This document shows positions 12,601-34,921 of a DNA stretch of 64,000 nucleotides, one piece after another; position 1 is the first letter of the stretch; each line of letters begins with the position of its first letter. The position numbers and the translations under genes were made by a program. The notes under the pieces are model-generated. The model worked only from the letters and a program-made list of their open reading frames with translations, was not told where the DNA came from and did not search any database. The DNA is from Ascidiella aspersa (taxonomy: Eukaryota): the NCBI GenBank assembly GCA_963924565.1, contig OZ004608.1, forward strand, positions 11,904,001-11,968,000, written 5' to 3'.

Positions 12601-13345
12601 CAGGGGTCGGCAACCTAGGCCCGCCCATTTAATTTATCCGGCCAGCCACCTCTTTGACAAATTAGACACGAGTCTATTTCACATACTTTTTGACTATTTT
12701 AACTATACGTAAGTGCAAAAAATGTTCGGGCTTTGCGCGAATCATCATTCACCGTCCGCCTTATTTACGTTTTGATGTTGTGTTTTCACCTAGATCAGCG
12801 CTTCTTTACCATTGCGTCGTGAAAGGCAGCCAAGTGCATCATGGAAAAACGGAAAACGAATTCAATATATTGAACACATATTTTTTAACATTTTTTTATA
12901 TTTTCGGCAATGTAATATTAAAAACTTGCAAGAAATTTGAAAGAAATGCCGGTATACCAAAAAAATCACGCTCGCTTCGCTTGCCAGGCGTGCCTTAACT
13001 TAAAAGGCTAACAAACACTGAGCTAGATTAACTTTAAATGTAAGCGCGTTCCCTCAACGTAGTTTTATTAGCCTACAGTTTCATGGATAGTATGGATGAC
13101 GACGTGTGAACTCGAATTTCAAACAAACAAACAAACGCTTTTTTCGCGCTCTGCTCCAACATTCTACTGCCTCCTTAAACGTAAGAAATACATTTTTAAA
13201 TGCAAAAACGATCCGAGGCAGCTGATTCACAGTTGTTCTAACATGAAAATAACACAATTCTTAGTTATCGTTTTGTGCGGCCCACAGAGATCTTTCTAGA
13301 TTTGGTTTTGGCCCGAGACGAAATAGGTTGCCGATTTTTCCCCTG
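12601..13345. mobile_element. Non-autonomous hAT (Charlie/Buster-like) MITE
   Basis: TIRs CAGGGGTCGGCAACC / GGTTGCCGA(ttttt)CCCCTG with an exact 8-bp target-site duplication TTTTAAGG on both sides. Confidence 0.85.
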
Positions 13346-14083
13346 TTTTAAGGTAATGTATTGCTCTTGACAGACAATGTTTTTTTTGATAATAGAACTC
13401 CCATTTTCCAACCACTAACAACTAAATGAAAACTCTTTTTCAATATTTTGAGAAACTAAATACTTGGTTGACCTAAAAAAAACTGCTTTTGGCGATGAAC
13501 AAATCAAGTATTTCTTAGCGTTATATAGTTTTCTTTCAGATAAAATTGTTTGAGAACTAGGGCTATTACTAAAGAAATCTTGAAGCGTGGTATTCTAGAC
13601 CGAACTGGTATGCAGAAAATGTCTGATAACTGAACAAAAAGCACAACCGCATGATTTAAAACGACGATTTATTAAATTATTTTATTACTAATTCTGTCAC
13701 GACAAATGTACGCATTTGTATGAATACCGGTAGTTATTTTTTAATCAAAATATACAAACGTTCTTAGATATGCGAGAAATACAATACTCATTTTTAAACA
13801 GATTGTATTTAAACAGGCTCAGGTTCAGTTCATAAAAGGAAGGGTATTTATTAGGTATAGCGGGCGTGAAAGTTCTTGTGGTAAGACAACCCAGTGAACC
13901 CACTTATGTTGCGTCATTGTTTTTAATTGTGAATATCAGATGAAGTGTCAATCAAATGGCTTCGTATCGATATTGTAAAATATATTCATTTCAAAATGGT
14001 GCTGTAATTAGCCGTGCGACATGTGTTTTATCTTGTTGAAATTATGCACCGAGGTTATTATACTTTTTCGAAAAAATGTCTGC

Positions 14084-15994
14084 TTAAATTTTCTTATAAA
14101 CGTACAGCGAAGCAGTCAATTGATCTACATTCCTCATTTGAATGACTTCTTTGTTTTCTGCTAATTTCATTTTTCCCTGTGCCACCAGGTCGTTAGCTAC
14201 TTCTAGCACCTTAGAATTGTAATTGCTGACAATCTCCTGAAATCGTTCTCTCGTGTTGAAAATCAAATAACCTCCTGGCTTGGTGACCTTGAGAAGTGCC
14301 TGTACACCGCAATAACACAATAAAACCGGGTAATGAACAATTGCTAAACAAGCACAAAAAAATGTCAGTTACCAAAACCTACTTTGGGCATTTATACATG
14401 ATCTGTTTTTTGTTTTCCCAAAAAAAACACGAATGAATTACCTTAATAATAAGGTTTACAGAGTGAAAGTTAAAAGTAAAATCGTTCTTAAGTCTGGCGA
14501 AAGTATTTTTGTTTTATCAGCGAACTACATTTATTTATGCTTACCCGAAAAACATGCTTACTCGAAAATAGGCACATACTAATGTTTCTCAATAGAGCTG
14601 TCTAAATGTTTGCCATAAAAATGTTTAATTGAAAACTTGCTTACATATAGAAAGAAAAAAACAGGGGTAGCCTAATGTATATTATGAGCTGTTGTAACAT
14701 AAAGGCCTATTAGTGTGACGTCTTTATAAACCTTTTAAAATCTTATTGTTTGCACAGCCCAGCACAAGTGATTGAAAAAACGAAATCATTTTGTTTATTA
14801 TTTTATCATTTTTTTAACTTTAGGGTGTTTTATTCTTGGGTTATCAAGTTGTGTCAAATATTTCTTTTCCCCAAACACTTGACGGCCTTCTGGCTACGAA
14901 CGGAGGCCTTATGAATTATACTAACGGAATATTCTAATAGAGAAATTAACCTGGATATCAGTTGGGGCCAAGTGATTCGGCATAAAGGATCCGATGCACG
15001 TGACGCCGTCGTAGGAATCGGGCACAATAGGGAGATCCCCGCCCTCGACAAGCCAGTGGCAAAACAAGGTCCTGCCATTACAAGCAATAAAAAATTATTA
15101 AACTGAACTGTCAAAAAACAATTCAAGTGAAATTATTTTAACGACCAAGCGAGTATTCATAAATTTTCTCTATTCTAAATATTTTAAAGTTGTCGCCTGT
15201 TTACTTACGCTTGATTAATGGGACTATAATTAAAAGTTGTTCATTTTTTTACCCTACATACAATACCGGTACCGCATAATATTAACTTATTCTACAGAGA
15301 AGGACCGATGTTTTCGTTTCGAAAACTATACGTAGGCCTACACCCCACGTATTAAGTTAGTAATGTCAGTTTTATATTGCTGAATTAGTTTGTCATTTAC
15401 ATTCGTCAATTTAGTTTTAAAATAACTAGCTAGCTCAAAAATACATTTACCTGAGCGCCAAATTCTTTTGTTGAGCAACTGCAAGCATTTCAATGTTGGC
15501 GTCCACGACATCGATGTGGCCATTATAGCTGCACGAATTGCGTAGGTAGTAGGGTAAGAGTCCAGTTCCTAGCGTTACAAAGCAATTGTTATCATCGTGT
15601 TAAAATCACTTTTATATAAACCCACTTTCTTTAGCGGTCATAGCACACAAAATACATCTACGCAATCACACAGTGACGCAAATCTTCAATGATGAATAGC
15701 AACCGAACCCTTTAAACAAAATACTGTTGTCACAAACAAACACTAAAAAGCGTTTTTTTTACCTGTGCAAACATCCAGTATAGCGGCATCCTTGGTGTTT
15801 TTGACATATTTCATGCACAGTTTGGCACCATCCTCCGGCACTGTGTAACCCAGAGTCTTGGAATCGACGTCGTAGTCATGTGACCAATTTGTATACGCAC
15901 GTTGAGTCTCTTCAGTGGTGCCAGTCAGCATGGTTGACTTTGAAATGTTGACTTTCTCGGGAAATTTTACGTCTGCTTTGTTTGAGGAAGTCAT
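14084..15994 (-). CDS. Class I SAM-dependent methyltransferase, METTL27/WBSCR27-like (4 coding exons)
   Basis: Spliced translation: ...AYTNWSHDYDVD...GYTVP...AAILDVCTG|TGLL (SAM motif I)...HIDVVDANIEMLAVA...|...DSYDGVTCIGSFMPNHL..|ALLKVTKPGGYLIFN... GT-AG introns in consistent phase, plus a 5'-UTR intron at ~16052-16117. Confidence 0.85.
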
Positions 15995-18435
15995 GTTTGA
16001 AACATTTGTTCACGAATGAGCTTTAATTATACAGTTAATACACCAATTTTCCTGCAAACCAAAAATGTCCAAGAAAAACGTATATATTGAACAACTAACT
16101 CACGGACGATATCTTACCTGCGTAAACTTTTATATTTAGTATACCGTCTAGCCTAGTCGTTTTCATCTTTTCGAACCTAATGGCTTTTCACTGACAATGC
16201 GTACCATCTCGATTGAAACGAAACTTTTTAGCTGTAAATTTACTTTCGGTTATTCAAACCCTAAATATAATTTAAAAAAACTCGCTTTTAGCGCTAGCCT
16301 AATATTTTATAAATAGATCTGTTTATTGTTGGTGTAGCAAAAAAAAACGTTAGATACATCAAATTCAGCTGTTCCCTAAAGGCATCGTTAGCAAACTGCA
16401 CGTGCAGGCATACGGTTTACATTGCGAAAAACTTATGGACGTTAATTTACTTAAACCGCACAAAAGACTGAGAAGCTGCTGTCGTACACCTTAAAAAACC
16501 TTCCATGTTTATTTGCAAAAGGTTGCACTACCTCGCTGTCTGTTACAGCACAAGAAAGGGCAAGAAGCCAAGCCAACATGGCGAGGGCAGGGCATATGTC
16601 GAGGCCCAAGGGAATAATGACGGGCATTTATAACTACTGATGTTAGATTAAAACTTTTTTTTGTATCGCCTTAGACGAAGATAGAGTTTTGAGTTAAGGT
16701 CAGCTGTTTAGTCGAACTCCAGCCATAAAACAGAGATAAGAACAACACCAGCGTCGCAATAAAATACAGTTTGAAACTAAACCAAATTTTTCGGCTGTTC
16801 TTATTTTTGGGTCCATGTCTATGGCAACCATGCTAATAGAAGATGTGACAATATTACACGGCGCCTTTAGGATAGATAGCGCCATAAAGCTTTTTGCCTT
16901 GTTCAGTAAATCTTTTTTCATTGCTTTCCTACACTGACATTAGGCAATCTAGATCAGCAACTGAGGCTGATGGCCTACAACATCCTGGCTTACAAAATAA
17001 AACCCTGCGTACCGTTGGACCACTTTTAAAAGTTAAATTTTCGTTAAAGTGAAAAAATGTTTGTAGCAACGTTCGGTCACCAAAACAATTTTACAAAGAT
17101 GTGCACGTGCGGCAAAAGTATGATACATTACACTTATTGAACAGTATAAGTGATAATTACACTGATTAAAATCTGGCATTGACAAACGTTTATTTATTTT
17201 AATTCTTCTGCGGCAGTGCTAGGCCTACCAATAGGGGGTACTTGTTCAAACAGTATTCATACTCAGCTCTCCGGCACGACCAATCTCTTGAATTAACTAC
17301 TCAATATATCATATTTTGCAAAAACATCAGCAAGAGTAATTCTCCCTATACTGTTCTTATCGAATATGTTAGTCAGACACAGATAGAATACTACGTAAAC
17401 TACATCATTTTTTAGCATTACATGATATTAATAATACCACAAAACATTACAAAAAATGACCAGTGTTATTGGATTGCTGTAAACAAGAGCGCGTAGCCTA
17501 TGATTGAAAAGCTGTGTTGACAGTTAACGGCTTAGTATATACATATATAAAACAATTAAGCAAACATATTGCGAAAGAGATAAAAACACAAAAAGTAAAG
17601 CGTGGTGAATTTAATAGAGACAGGAAAAAAAATTAAGAAAAATAGTTTTTTTTAAAGGCACATGTATAATTAAACAATAACAGGCAGGCCTACTATTTTG
17701 GATAGAAATAGCTTCTCTAAAAAGTATTCTAAAGGTAAAAAATCATTTTATAATGTTTAACTAGAAAGAAGTTGGTAACATAATAATTATCAAGTCGCTT
17801 ACTGAATTTATTTTTTGTGGTAGAATTTATTCTCATGATGTGAGACTTATTTTTAATGATGTGAGACCTTTGTAATCATAGCCAAAATTGATAAGTTACC
17901 GCAGTCGGTATGTTAAATTTCCAAGATTTGTTTGGGATCACACAAAAGCTATACAATAGCTGTAGAAATATCGCTTACGCAAACAATATATTACAGTTTC
18001 AATATACATCAGCGCTGATCAATTGCATAAGCGTACCGCTGATAAAACAAACAAAAAACGACAAACAAAAAGTGTATAGGTAACAGACGTTTAATCACTC
18101 TCTTAACAATTTTATGTTCATTCGTTTTTTTTTTAATTGCAATTTGTATTTCATATACAGGGCCTCGAGTTAAAAGTAAAAGCGAACAAATCTAGTAAAT
18201 CTAACACTAGCTGACACATCATTGGACTAAAAATAGTTTTCATCTGATGATACGTGATATAGAAGAAGCTGAATATAAGCTTGAGACGCTGTAGCAAATT
18301 TAATGTCGTATCAAGTCGCTTAAGTATGCTAACTTTCGTTGAAATAAAGTTTCCCAATCAAACATGTCCATACAATACTCCAATAAAACGTGGACATCAA
18401 TAGTGAAGCGCGATAAAAAATGAAACCAAAAAAAA

Positions 18436-25850
<7,415 letters not shown>

Positions 25851-27831
25851 ACCCTGTATATTTCCTGCAATTGCGACTTCAGCTTTGCCGCGGTATGCTC
25901 GTGCTCATATTTTATCTGTATCTATTTCGATCACTGAACTGCTGAACAGCGTCCACCTGTAGGTTAAATAAAAAACTATCAATTTGCGAACTTGGCAAAA
26001 AAAGACTGAATAATACTGCTTGGTTGAAAATAAATTTATACAGGCCTACAGATTGTAGAGTATTGGTTTAACTTTGCATTTGTCAGGCTTGCTAATTGGA
26101 TTCTGGAAACAAAATTGCCTCATTGTACGTTTCTATTTCACCACAACAAAACATTCCAACGATATAGGCTGCAGCTGTACTGCAATTTTTTCCTGTAAGA
26201 TTGTCAAAACGACAAGTATTGGCGTCAATAGGTAATCCCACGGTCGCTTGTGCCTTTTAATGCAAACATGCAATCATGTTGGTTGATCGCCGTGATAAGC
26301 TTCCATAAAACTAAAACCACAAAGTACAAAGTACATGCACGTAGCCTAGTATCGCACGTTAAACTTGGCGCTGACCAACGGTCTTTGCTGTATGTCATAC
26401 CAGCAATTGTCAGGACTGTTCTTAATGTTTGCAATTATTATTCAATAATGTATTATTCGAACACACACTAAGCAACGAACGTTTATTACACACGAAACGT
26501 CACTTCCTATATTTGAAACACAGGACATTTTAATCCGGTATTCAAGCTGACATGCTAATCTACAATATATTAGTAACGCGCTTATTTGCAGTGTACAACT
26601 GATCTATCATTTTATCCAGTAGACTGATGATTATAACAGGAGCTGCGTCTACATGATAGTTCTCTATATCGAATGCCTTGTTAACAGAAAACGTATTTTC
26701 TAAACTGCCAACGATCCGACGCTCGAAACCGAATCAAGCTACTCAAAGATCACACCAACATGTTAATCTTGAAATACCTGAAGCTATGTAGACCAACACA
26801 GCGTGTTCCAGCGGGCTGACTTGTGCCGTACAGCCTTGGCTACACGCTTGGCTTGCTTTGCTTGCCAGAAATAGTTGTCATGCCGAGGCGGTGAGACCGC
26901 TCGAATCTTGACGCCTACTTCGTGCCTTCAGGGCGTCATGAAAGTCTATTGCTATCTCAATCGCTTGAGCCTTGGCCGCCTTCGAACTGCAATTTATTGG
27001 CAATTCGAACGCGTGCAAGTGCATTTGGCGAAAGCAGTAAAAGTCGACAGTTTAATTGGCCGCTTGAATGAAGTGATTGTTGTTTAAGGGTAACGACGCG
27101 ATAATTACGCAGAAATGGCATTGATGAAACGACAATTTAATTAACTAATAAAAAAATGGGCACGAACAATTGCTAAACTTTATTTAAGCAAATAGGTCTT
27201 CTATTTATGACATAGTTACCTCGAAAACTACAATAACTTTGTTCTGTGTGATGCAACAGAATCTGTCGTGGAACATTTTTATTACGTTTGTGGTCCACTG
27301 TAACGAAATGCCCAACGATTGTCCACGATAACACTAATAGCAGAAATGATGTTTATAGAATTTAAAATGGTTTGCATTACGGTGTAGTTGGTCCAGGGAT
27401 GTAAAGCATTACCTTTTTTCACGCACACTTTCGTAGGATTTTCCAAATGGTCAAAACGATGGAAATTTGAATAAATATTCAACTGTAAGTTGTTTTACGC
27501 ACGTTGTCTACTCTTGATGACCACCAATTTTTAGAATCTAACTCCTGGGCTAAAGCGTCTCTTTTGTAAGTCTGAATTACCTGCACTGCTAAAATCAAAC
27601 TTCTTAATTCTTTTTGAGATAAAAAAATAATTAAAGTTACCTACCATTCCTGTCCTAACCGTCTCACAAATCGAATACCATTGAAAAAGTTTTCTTTGCG
27701 AAATAGAACACAGAAATGGCAGCACGAAAAACGGCAGTGACAGTATCAGTCACAGTCGAAAACCAAGTTACCTAAAGGTGAAAATACGCGAAAAATCGCT
27801 TTTGAAGAGAAAATTCGCCAAGGTAATCTTT

Positions 27832-30800
27832 TCAATCGCTGAAATCCTCTATCACAAGAGGTTCATCTTCTTCTACTTGGTCAGTTGGCGTCGATCCTTC
27901 AGCGATTTGATCGCATGGAGCGTTTTGCGACGACGATGGTTCGGGAGTATCGTCACCGGCCAGTTGTTCTGTTACACGGTCGTCCTGGCCACTGTAACGC
28001 AAAAGTTTTAAAGCGTGCCAAAAATGTCAACACCTTAGAAGGTAAATCGCGAAAGTAAAGATGAAAATGAAACCCTTATGGTTGATTTATTGAAATAATT
28101 TTGTCAAGAAGTGTAAATAAGAGAAGAAAAGCAAGAAGTTTTGACAAACTGGTAAATGATTACACCAAAGGTCGCCTTTATATCAGACAAAAGCGAAGCA
28201 GCAAGAGGTGACAATGTAAGCCGTGTTCTTTTGTGTTTTTTGGCATTGTTTGACTGATAAATTAATTTTTTTTCGCTGAGTTGTAAGTTCATTGTCCTGG
28301 CGAAACTTACCTGAATACGTCATCAAGAAAGTTGGCACATTTAATACAAAATACTTGTCGAATGAACAATTTTATAATTGAAAGGGTGATTAGTTTGGCA
28401 CAATTCTTCAGTTTAGATTTGACCAAAAAAGTTTCTTCTCGAAACCAATATATATCGCAAAATGCCCTACTTAAAAATCTAACTAGCAGCTTAGGAACAA
28501 ATTCGCGAAAAAATGTTCCTTCAGAAATATAAATGGTTTATTGACTTTAAACTAACATATGGATCACCCGATCAGTGGTTTTCAATATGGGAAATGTAAG
28601 TGTTTGTAGTAAAAGATCGAAATAATATACATATGATAATAACTGATATGTAGTAGTTCAGGCGGGGCCTGACATTTTTTGTAAACAAAAGTAGGACCTG
28701 GTTTAAAAAAGTTCGATAAATCACTTTTGAACGAGAACCATACGGATAAAAAGCAGACTGTGCTACCTTCGAAACACTTTCCACTTCGGCAGGGCGACGA
28801 CGTCTTCGAGCAGCGTCCGTTGCGCCGCGTCGCACTCATAATGGGACCGGAGTTTGAGTAGGTAGGGTAGGGTGGTGCACAGCAGCTCCTGGGGCGGCTG
28901 ACGAAGCTTCCAGAAGGTACTCGACACGTTTACCTTGTTCTCCTGGTGGCGCTTCGAAACCTAGAATGCAAAAAGCGACATTCTTGTGCCGAATGAAGGC
29001 AATATAAACTAAGCACTATCGAGTTTGAATGGGCAATGTGCAATGAATGTTTAATTATTTGTAAAATTGTTTTTGGACCATACATAAAACGTCAAATAAA
29101 TTGTTTTATTATCACAAAACTTGTTTGAGACAAACAGTAAGTTTACACAGTGGTTCTTAACCTTTCGACATTTACTGTAAAAAGAAAAAAAAATTAGGTC
29201 GACAACCAGAATTTAAGGCACGATTTCTTACTGAGAGCAAAAAAAAAACTATGAATTTACGCAGATAAACTTGGCAAAAAAATCGCGGGCTAGCGGTTAG
29301 AAACCACTGGTTTACAATTACTGGGTTTCAAACACAATTTACTATTTGTGGGCTACAAAAACGGTCCCTATTTTCCAAATAGGCCTGTAAGAAAGTATTT
29401 CACTAACAAGTGAAGAGTGCTATTATTTTTTTTAAACAATTAACTTGCACCAGCGGTGAAGAATCACCGTTTTACGATTACACGATTTCCAGAACAACAC
29501 AAAGGTTTCCAGAACAACAAAACTATTGGTGGGCTATTAAAATGGGTAAGTTTGTAAGAAGCTGTTTCAATAACAAGTGAACTGAAGAGTGCTATGAAAT
29601 TCTAAGTTGCGGATCAAGTAAACCGTAAACCTCTATCACGAGACCGCAAAACTGATCACTCACAAAGAGCGCCATCACGGAGTCAAAGGGCAAAAGACCC
29701 GTGATGCAATGTCGCAAACAGCAACAAACATACCAGGTACCAGCTTGGCTTGTGAAGCGGTCGCCATGAACCCGATGCTTTGGCGCAAAGGTCGGAGGTT
29801 GCCCGTTGCGAGTTGGAGAAGACTAAACCGCGGGCAGCGATGATGCCTGCAACAAAATTTAATGATTGTGAACAGAAGACTCCCGAAAACTAATCTGGAA
29901 TTTCGTGCATTTGTCATTACATAAACGCACACAAAGTTAACACGATTTGTTGCGCAAAAGTTTCGGTAAACGATTTATTTCGTGCCGTTTGACATAAAAA
30001 AATTACTGCTGTTAAATATATTTATAAAAAAATAGTAAAGAAATGACAGTTCAACTTGGTTAAAAATATTTACAATAGGGCATAAGAGTATTAACGGGAA
30101 ACTTGTAATTTTACATCTGAAGCGCCCAAACCTATATACTTAGAAATTGACTGCCATAAGCAAACATCCAGTTGTTCGGCTTACAATAAACGCACCTTCG
30201 TAGCGATCAAGCGCTGCCGCGGCACCCGACGATGGGTCGCTGGATGTCAGCGGAGAGTTCATGAGGTCAGAGTCGCTGAAGTGTTCGGTCGCTATGGAGA
30301 GGTCCTCGACGCTGTTGCAATCGTAGAAGGGCAGGTAGTTGTGGTGGAGGAAGAGACTGAAAGCCTTGCCGCTGAGACAGCACCGCTCGATCACTTCCTG
30401 CCGAAACCAATAGAAAACGATTGGCGAAAACTTTAACGATTTTTTAAAGTTTATGAGGTTCATATAATAGTTAGACAAGTCGTTTTAGCCTGACGAGTCT
30501 TGTGTTGGGCAAAAAGCGATCATGCACAACGCGTTATATAGAAGTCATTCATGGTGATTTTTGTGTCAAAACGTTTAAAACGGACAGCTTATCTGGTGGA
30601 CACTGTTTATTTCCAAGCTGCCCAAAACTGTACGAAACAAACAAGAAAAGGAGCAAATGAATAGCAGTTTCATTTAAACTTGCAATACAAACTAGCATTT
30701 TAGCACGTAACGGCTGCTTTCATCTATTGTCGTGCGTTATACCTCTGGTGGGTAACTCAGTGGGTCTCTGTGGCGCGGGTCCGACCTGTCTCGTTTCGGG

Positions 30801-33800
30801 TCTGGATTTCCTGAAAAAAAAATCAAAATATATTAAAAAATATATAAACAAAAATGTATTAACTTGATTTGCCTATTAATTGCAGTGATGATATTAAGAT
30901 AACATTACGGAACATATTATTAGTAAGTTGTATATTGCGAAGCATATTAACAATAAAATTTAAGAGTTAATAGAAATGTACAATCAATTAATTACCTATA
31001 GCTAGGTGGATATTAAAAAATCCAATTCCAACAGATATTACTGACATAAGTTTGTTTTTTATATAGTATGCACGTAGCCTACTATTGCTCACTTTTGCAG
31101 TAGAGTATTTTGCCCAGGGCGCGGAATAGGATAAGGCTGGAGTCTTTGCCGCCCAAACATGAGACTTTGCTTTTGCTGCTTGCAGTTGTCTTTTTGCCAA
31201 TTGTCGAATCTGTGAAAATAATAGCGCACAAAGGCTGTCATAGTTTTAAAAGCAGCCGACCACTTTTTTCTCTGTTATTTTCGATAAAGTAAAAAAGTTG
31301 GTTAAATAATAGATTAAACATGTCTTCATTAGTTGCTACTTCGAACAACATAACGCCAAGGGGTTGAACAAAAAAGTACACCCAAATGTTTCTTTGTGGA
31401 AAACTCCTAAAGTGTTTGGATTTAAAAAAACATAAAAATCTATCAAAATTTTAATCATTGGTATCTGACAACATTTAGTAATTTGAAACGCGCCCATGCA
31501 CCACCGCCTTCATGCCAGCTTTACTCAACCAAGCATCAGGTTAAATCAAATGGCCATGTTTAGGTATTTTAAGCCTTTAAACAGGACGCAGCACCCTTAT
31601 CAGGAAGAGATCCAGGCATAAACATGTTTGTCGTCTTACCGGACTGCGACGAAAACTGCAGCGCGTTGATGGCGGCTCTGATGTCTCCACCGCAAGAGCT
31701 GGACAGCGCCGAAAGCTGCTCCTTACCGAGGCTCTTGCGCTCACGTTGCGCTATTTTGCTGAGGGCCTTCGACATCAGGGTGGCCGACACTCCATTGAAA
31801 CTGAAACGAGAAAGACCGTTGGTTTTTCAAGCTGTGAGTGACGGGGTAACGTAAGTAAACTGATTGAATTATATTTGGAAAATTTGGGCACAATTTAAAC
31901 AGCAACAACGAAGTTTTTAATATAACGTTTGCACAACCAATTTTTTCTCATCGATCAACTGTTATTTCTCAACAATTCTCATCGCTTAACTGTTACTTCC
32001 CGACGGTTGTAGTTAACTAAAAAGTTGACCTTGTGATCAAAATTGGCTGGTTTGCTAAGTCCGAACAAAAATGAACTGTTTAATATCGATTTAGCAAATC
32101 CCGCACATCCAAAGAAGAAAGTGAACATTAACTGACGAATTTTTCTAACAAAAGATCATTTGTATTAGAGATTTACTGTAACAAGATGAGAACCTGATAT
32201 TTGTTATGCCGGTTTGCTGCAGGAAGTCTCGAGGAATCAGCTGCCTCTTTACTGCGTCGGTTGATGAACCGTCGCTCACAATCAAAACAAGTGGGCGCCG
32301 CTGTGTTAATTTGTACTTCCTGAAAAAGTCGAGGTTTAAAGCCTCGCTCGGCAGGCACTGAGCAATGACGCTTTGAAGTACAAACAAAAGATATTTTTAC
32401 AAATTAGTGGTGAGATTTCACCCTGGGAATCAACCTGGATAAAAAAATCGCTCTAAAACACTAAACGAAGCTGTTTTAGGAAGCAGAGTTTAAAAACGAT
32501 GTAAGCATACCTTAAAATATCCTTGAACAGGGGCGGTTCCTGGTAAATGTGGTTTGGCAACTCTTCAATTAAAACCAGTTTATTTGAAGAAGTCTCGCAA
32601 GCTTCTTGTGGCTGCTTGCTGTCGAGTAAAAGAGAGGGATACTTGCCACAACGGAAGAGGAAGTCTTCAAACACCAAGTTCTGTGGCTGGAATTTGATGC
32701 CTAAAGTTTTGACATAACCAAGTGTTGAATGGATTTTTTTTAGAAAATGCAGAGCTTATAAAGGTGTCTAGGAATTCCATAAGTTTTAAATTAATGTTGG
32801 TAATACAATTTCCTTTACTAAACAACCTGCTTGTCTGGTTACAGCATAGGGGGTTGTGAGGGGATTTATCCACTCCTCAACATGAATTCCATGTTTCTTT
32901 GCGATTACCATCAGTGTGGCAGTCTTGCCGCATCCAGGTGGACCTGTCAGCAAGAGGATTGGTGCTCCCCGCTGTGCAAAAACATATTTTTTTGGTGGCT
33001 AGTGTTGTGCTGCTGTACACAATACAGGTGCATATAGCTACACCTGGGACGCAAACCATTACAAATTTGTGAAATCCTGAATAAAAAGTGGTGTATTTCT
33101 AAAATGAAAATTTTGTATACAGAATAAGCCAGTTTAACTTCAAGATATTTGCTGTTAATAAAGGTATTTCTTCCTCAGTTTTGTACTAAAAAAAATAAGT
33201 CAGGTGTACCTTGACTAAAACAGATGTATCATGTATATTTAGCTTTTCAGTATAACACCTGCTAAACTGAATATAAAATAAAACCTATTTATTGGTGCAC
33301 TAAAATAATAAAATATGCAATCACCTTTTTCGAAGTGAGGTGTGAATTTAACCATGTATCTACTTCCCCAATCTTCTTTTTATGGACAGCTAAGTCTTCC
33401 TAAATATGCACCAACCAACATACAAATCTATTAGCACATGATCATTTTACGATGCAAAAAAACTTTTTTATTTATTTTTATTCGAAAGAAACTGAAATAC
33501 TATCTGTAATAAACTAATAATAATTTATATAATGCAGTAGAGTGAGAAATTATAAATAAATCATTTATGATTGACATAAATCTTACAAGAAAAATACTAC
33601 CTCTTTAGTGGGTGCATAACGCTCAAGCCAAGTATCGCTAGAAACGGTAGGAGGTTTGGAACAAACTTCAAACGAGCTATGGCGAACAAACTTTCTCTTT
33701 TTAGAATTTGGTGCTTGCTAAAAGAAACGAAAAATACAAACAATAACAACTTTTTGGTACTGTGGTCAAACATTGTTATGAGGAGTGGAAAGAGCTTTAT

Positions 33801-34112
33801 AATAACTTTAAATTTCACATCAAATGGTATAAATTACCAATTGTGTAATGTTTGTACAAGTTCATAGTCACAAATTAAACCATATTTTTTAACTCATTAA
33901 ATGTGAGGTTACCATTTTTGAAGGACTGACATCCATAAATGAAGGTGAAACCCAATCACTAATCTTCTTGCTCTGAATAGAAACAACAAAGGAAACAAAG
34001 GTTTACACACAAAAACAAATGACTATGAAAAACAAATTATTTCTAAAACAATGTTTATTTTTACCCTTCGGTTCAAGTGAGATGAAGAAGCAGTAAGATC
34101 TATGACATCCAT
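27832..34112 (-). CDS. RAD17: Cell-cycle checkpoint clamp loader RAD17 (~14 coding exons)
   Basis: SDWVSPSF, TWLERYAPTKE|EDLAVHKKKI, Walker A LLLTGPPGCGKT, EEWINP, LVLIEELPN, PLVLIVSD, GGDIRAAINALQF, GGKDSSLILFRALGKILYCK, FLHHNY, WRPLHKPSWY, and an acidic C-terminus LVIEDFSD*. GT-AG introns in phase. Confidence 0.94.
29148..29309. mobile_element. Short hAT-like MITE in a RAD17 intron
   Basis: TIRs CAGTGGTTCTTAACC / GGTTAGAAACCACTG flanked by a direct repeat GTTTACA. Confidence 0.7.
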
Positions 34113-34921
34113 CCTGGCCGAAAAGTTTTCCAATTGGCCTAATTATTTATGGTTTCTGTCTTTCGGACAGATTTCTTAATTACATTTTCTGCAATGAAAT
34201 GAATGAACAATAAATGACATAATGCACTTTGAATTGAACTCAAAAAATCTCATTTAAACAATAAACTTCAATACATAAAAACAGCAATTAAAAAAAGGTT
34301 CATGAAAATATTAAACATACAAGTAACATAGAAATACACAATACAAACTTTCAATGGAAAAATATTACATACGTTTTTGGAAAATCATGCAAGGATTTAG
34401 AAAATTGCATAACAAGATAAAGGATTAAACAAAAAATATAAGTATTTTTGGGATCCGACATTTTTGCCTTATTATAACCCCAAAGCTATAGAAAAGTCTA
34501 AAGTAACAGTTATCATGGCAGCCCAACTTCATTCTATAATTTGTGGCTCCAAAGATTCATGTCAAAAAATTAGGGGGCTGAAATCTGACATTAAAATTGT
34601 ACAATATATATGACAAAAAGCGATTCTTGATGACCAGCAGAAAACAGATGATGATAAAATGCAAATTAGCCAAAACAATGAAAAAACAAAAAAACACATA
34701 TACGATTTCATGGTATCCTTTTATATGAGAGAGAATTTGTTATTGCACAGTAAATAGATATATATATATATATATTTTTAGTAAATTTTTTTTTTGATTT
34801 TTACTAGAAAAAAAAGTTTTGAAATCTTAAAATATCTTAACTTGACTAATAAAATTGTTGACAAAAACTTTTTGGTGATGATTCATTGTGTTTAATGTTA
34901 AATAGACATTTATATGGAGTT

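Noticed and set aside
28300-28320. Strong CAG|GTAAGT site in the last RAD17 intron
   Set aside because: No associated exon or open frame could be established; it may be chance.
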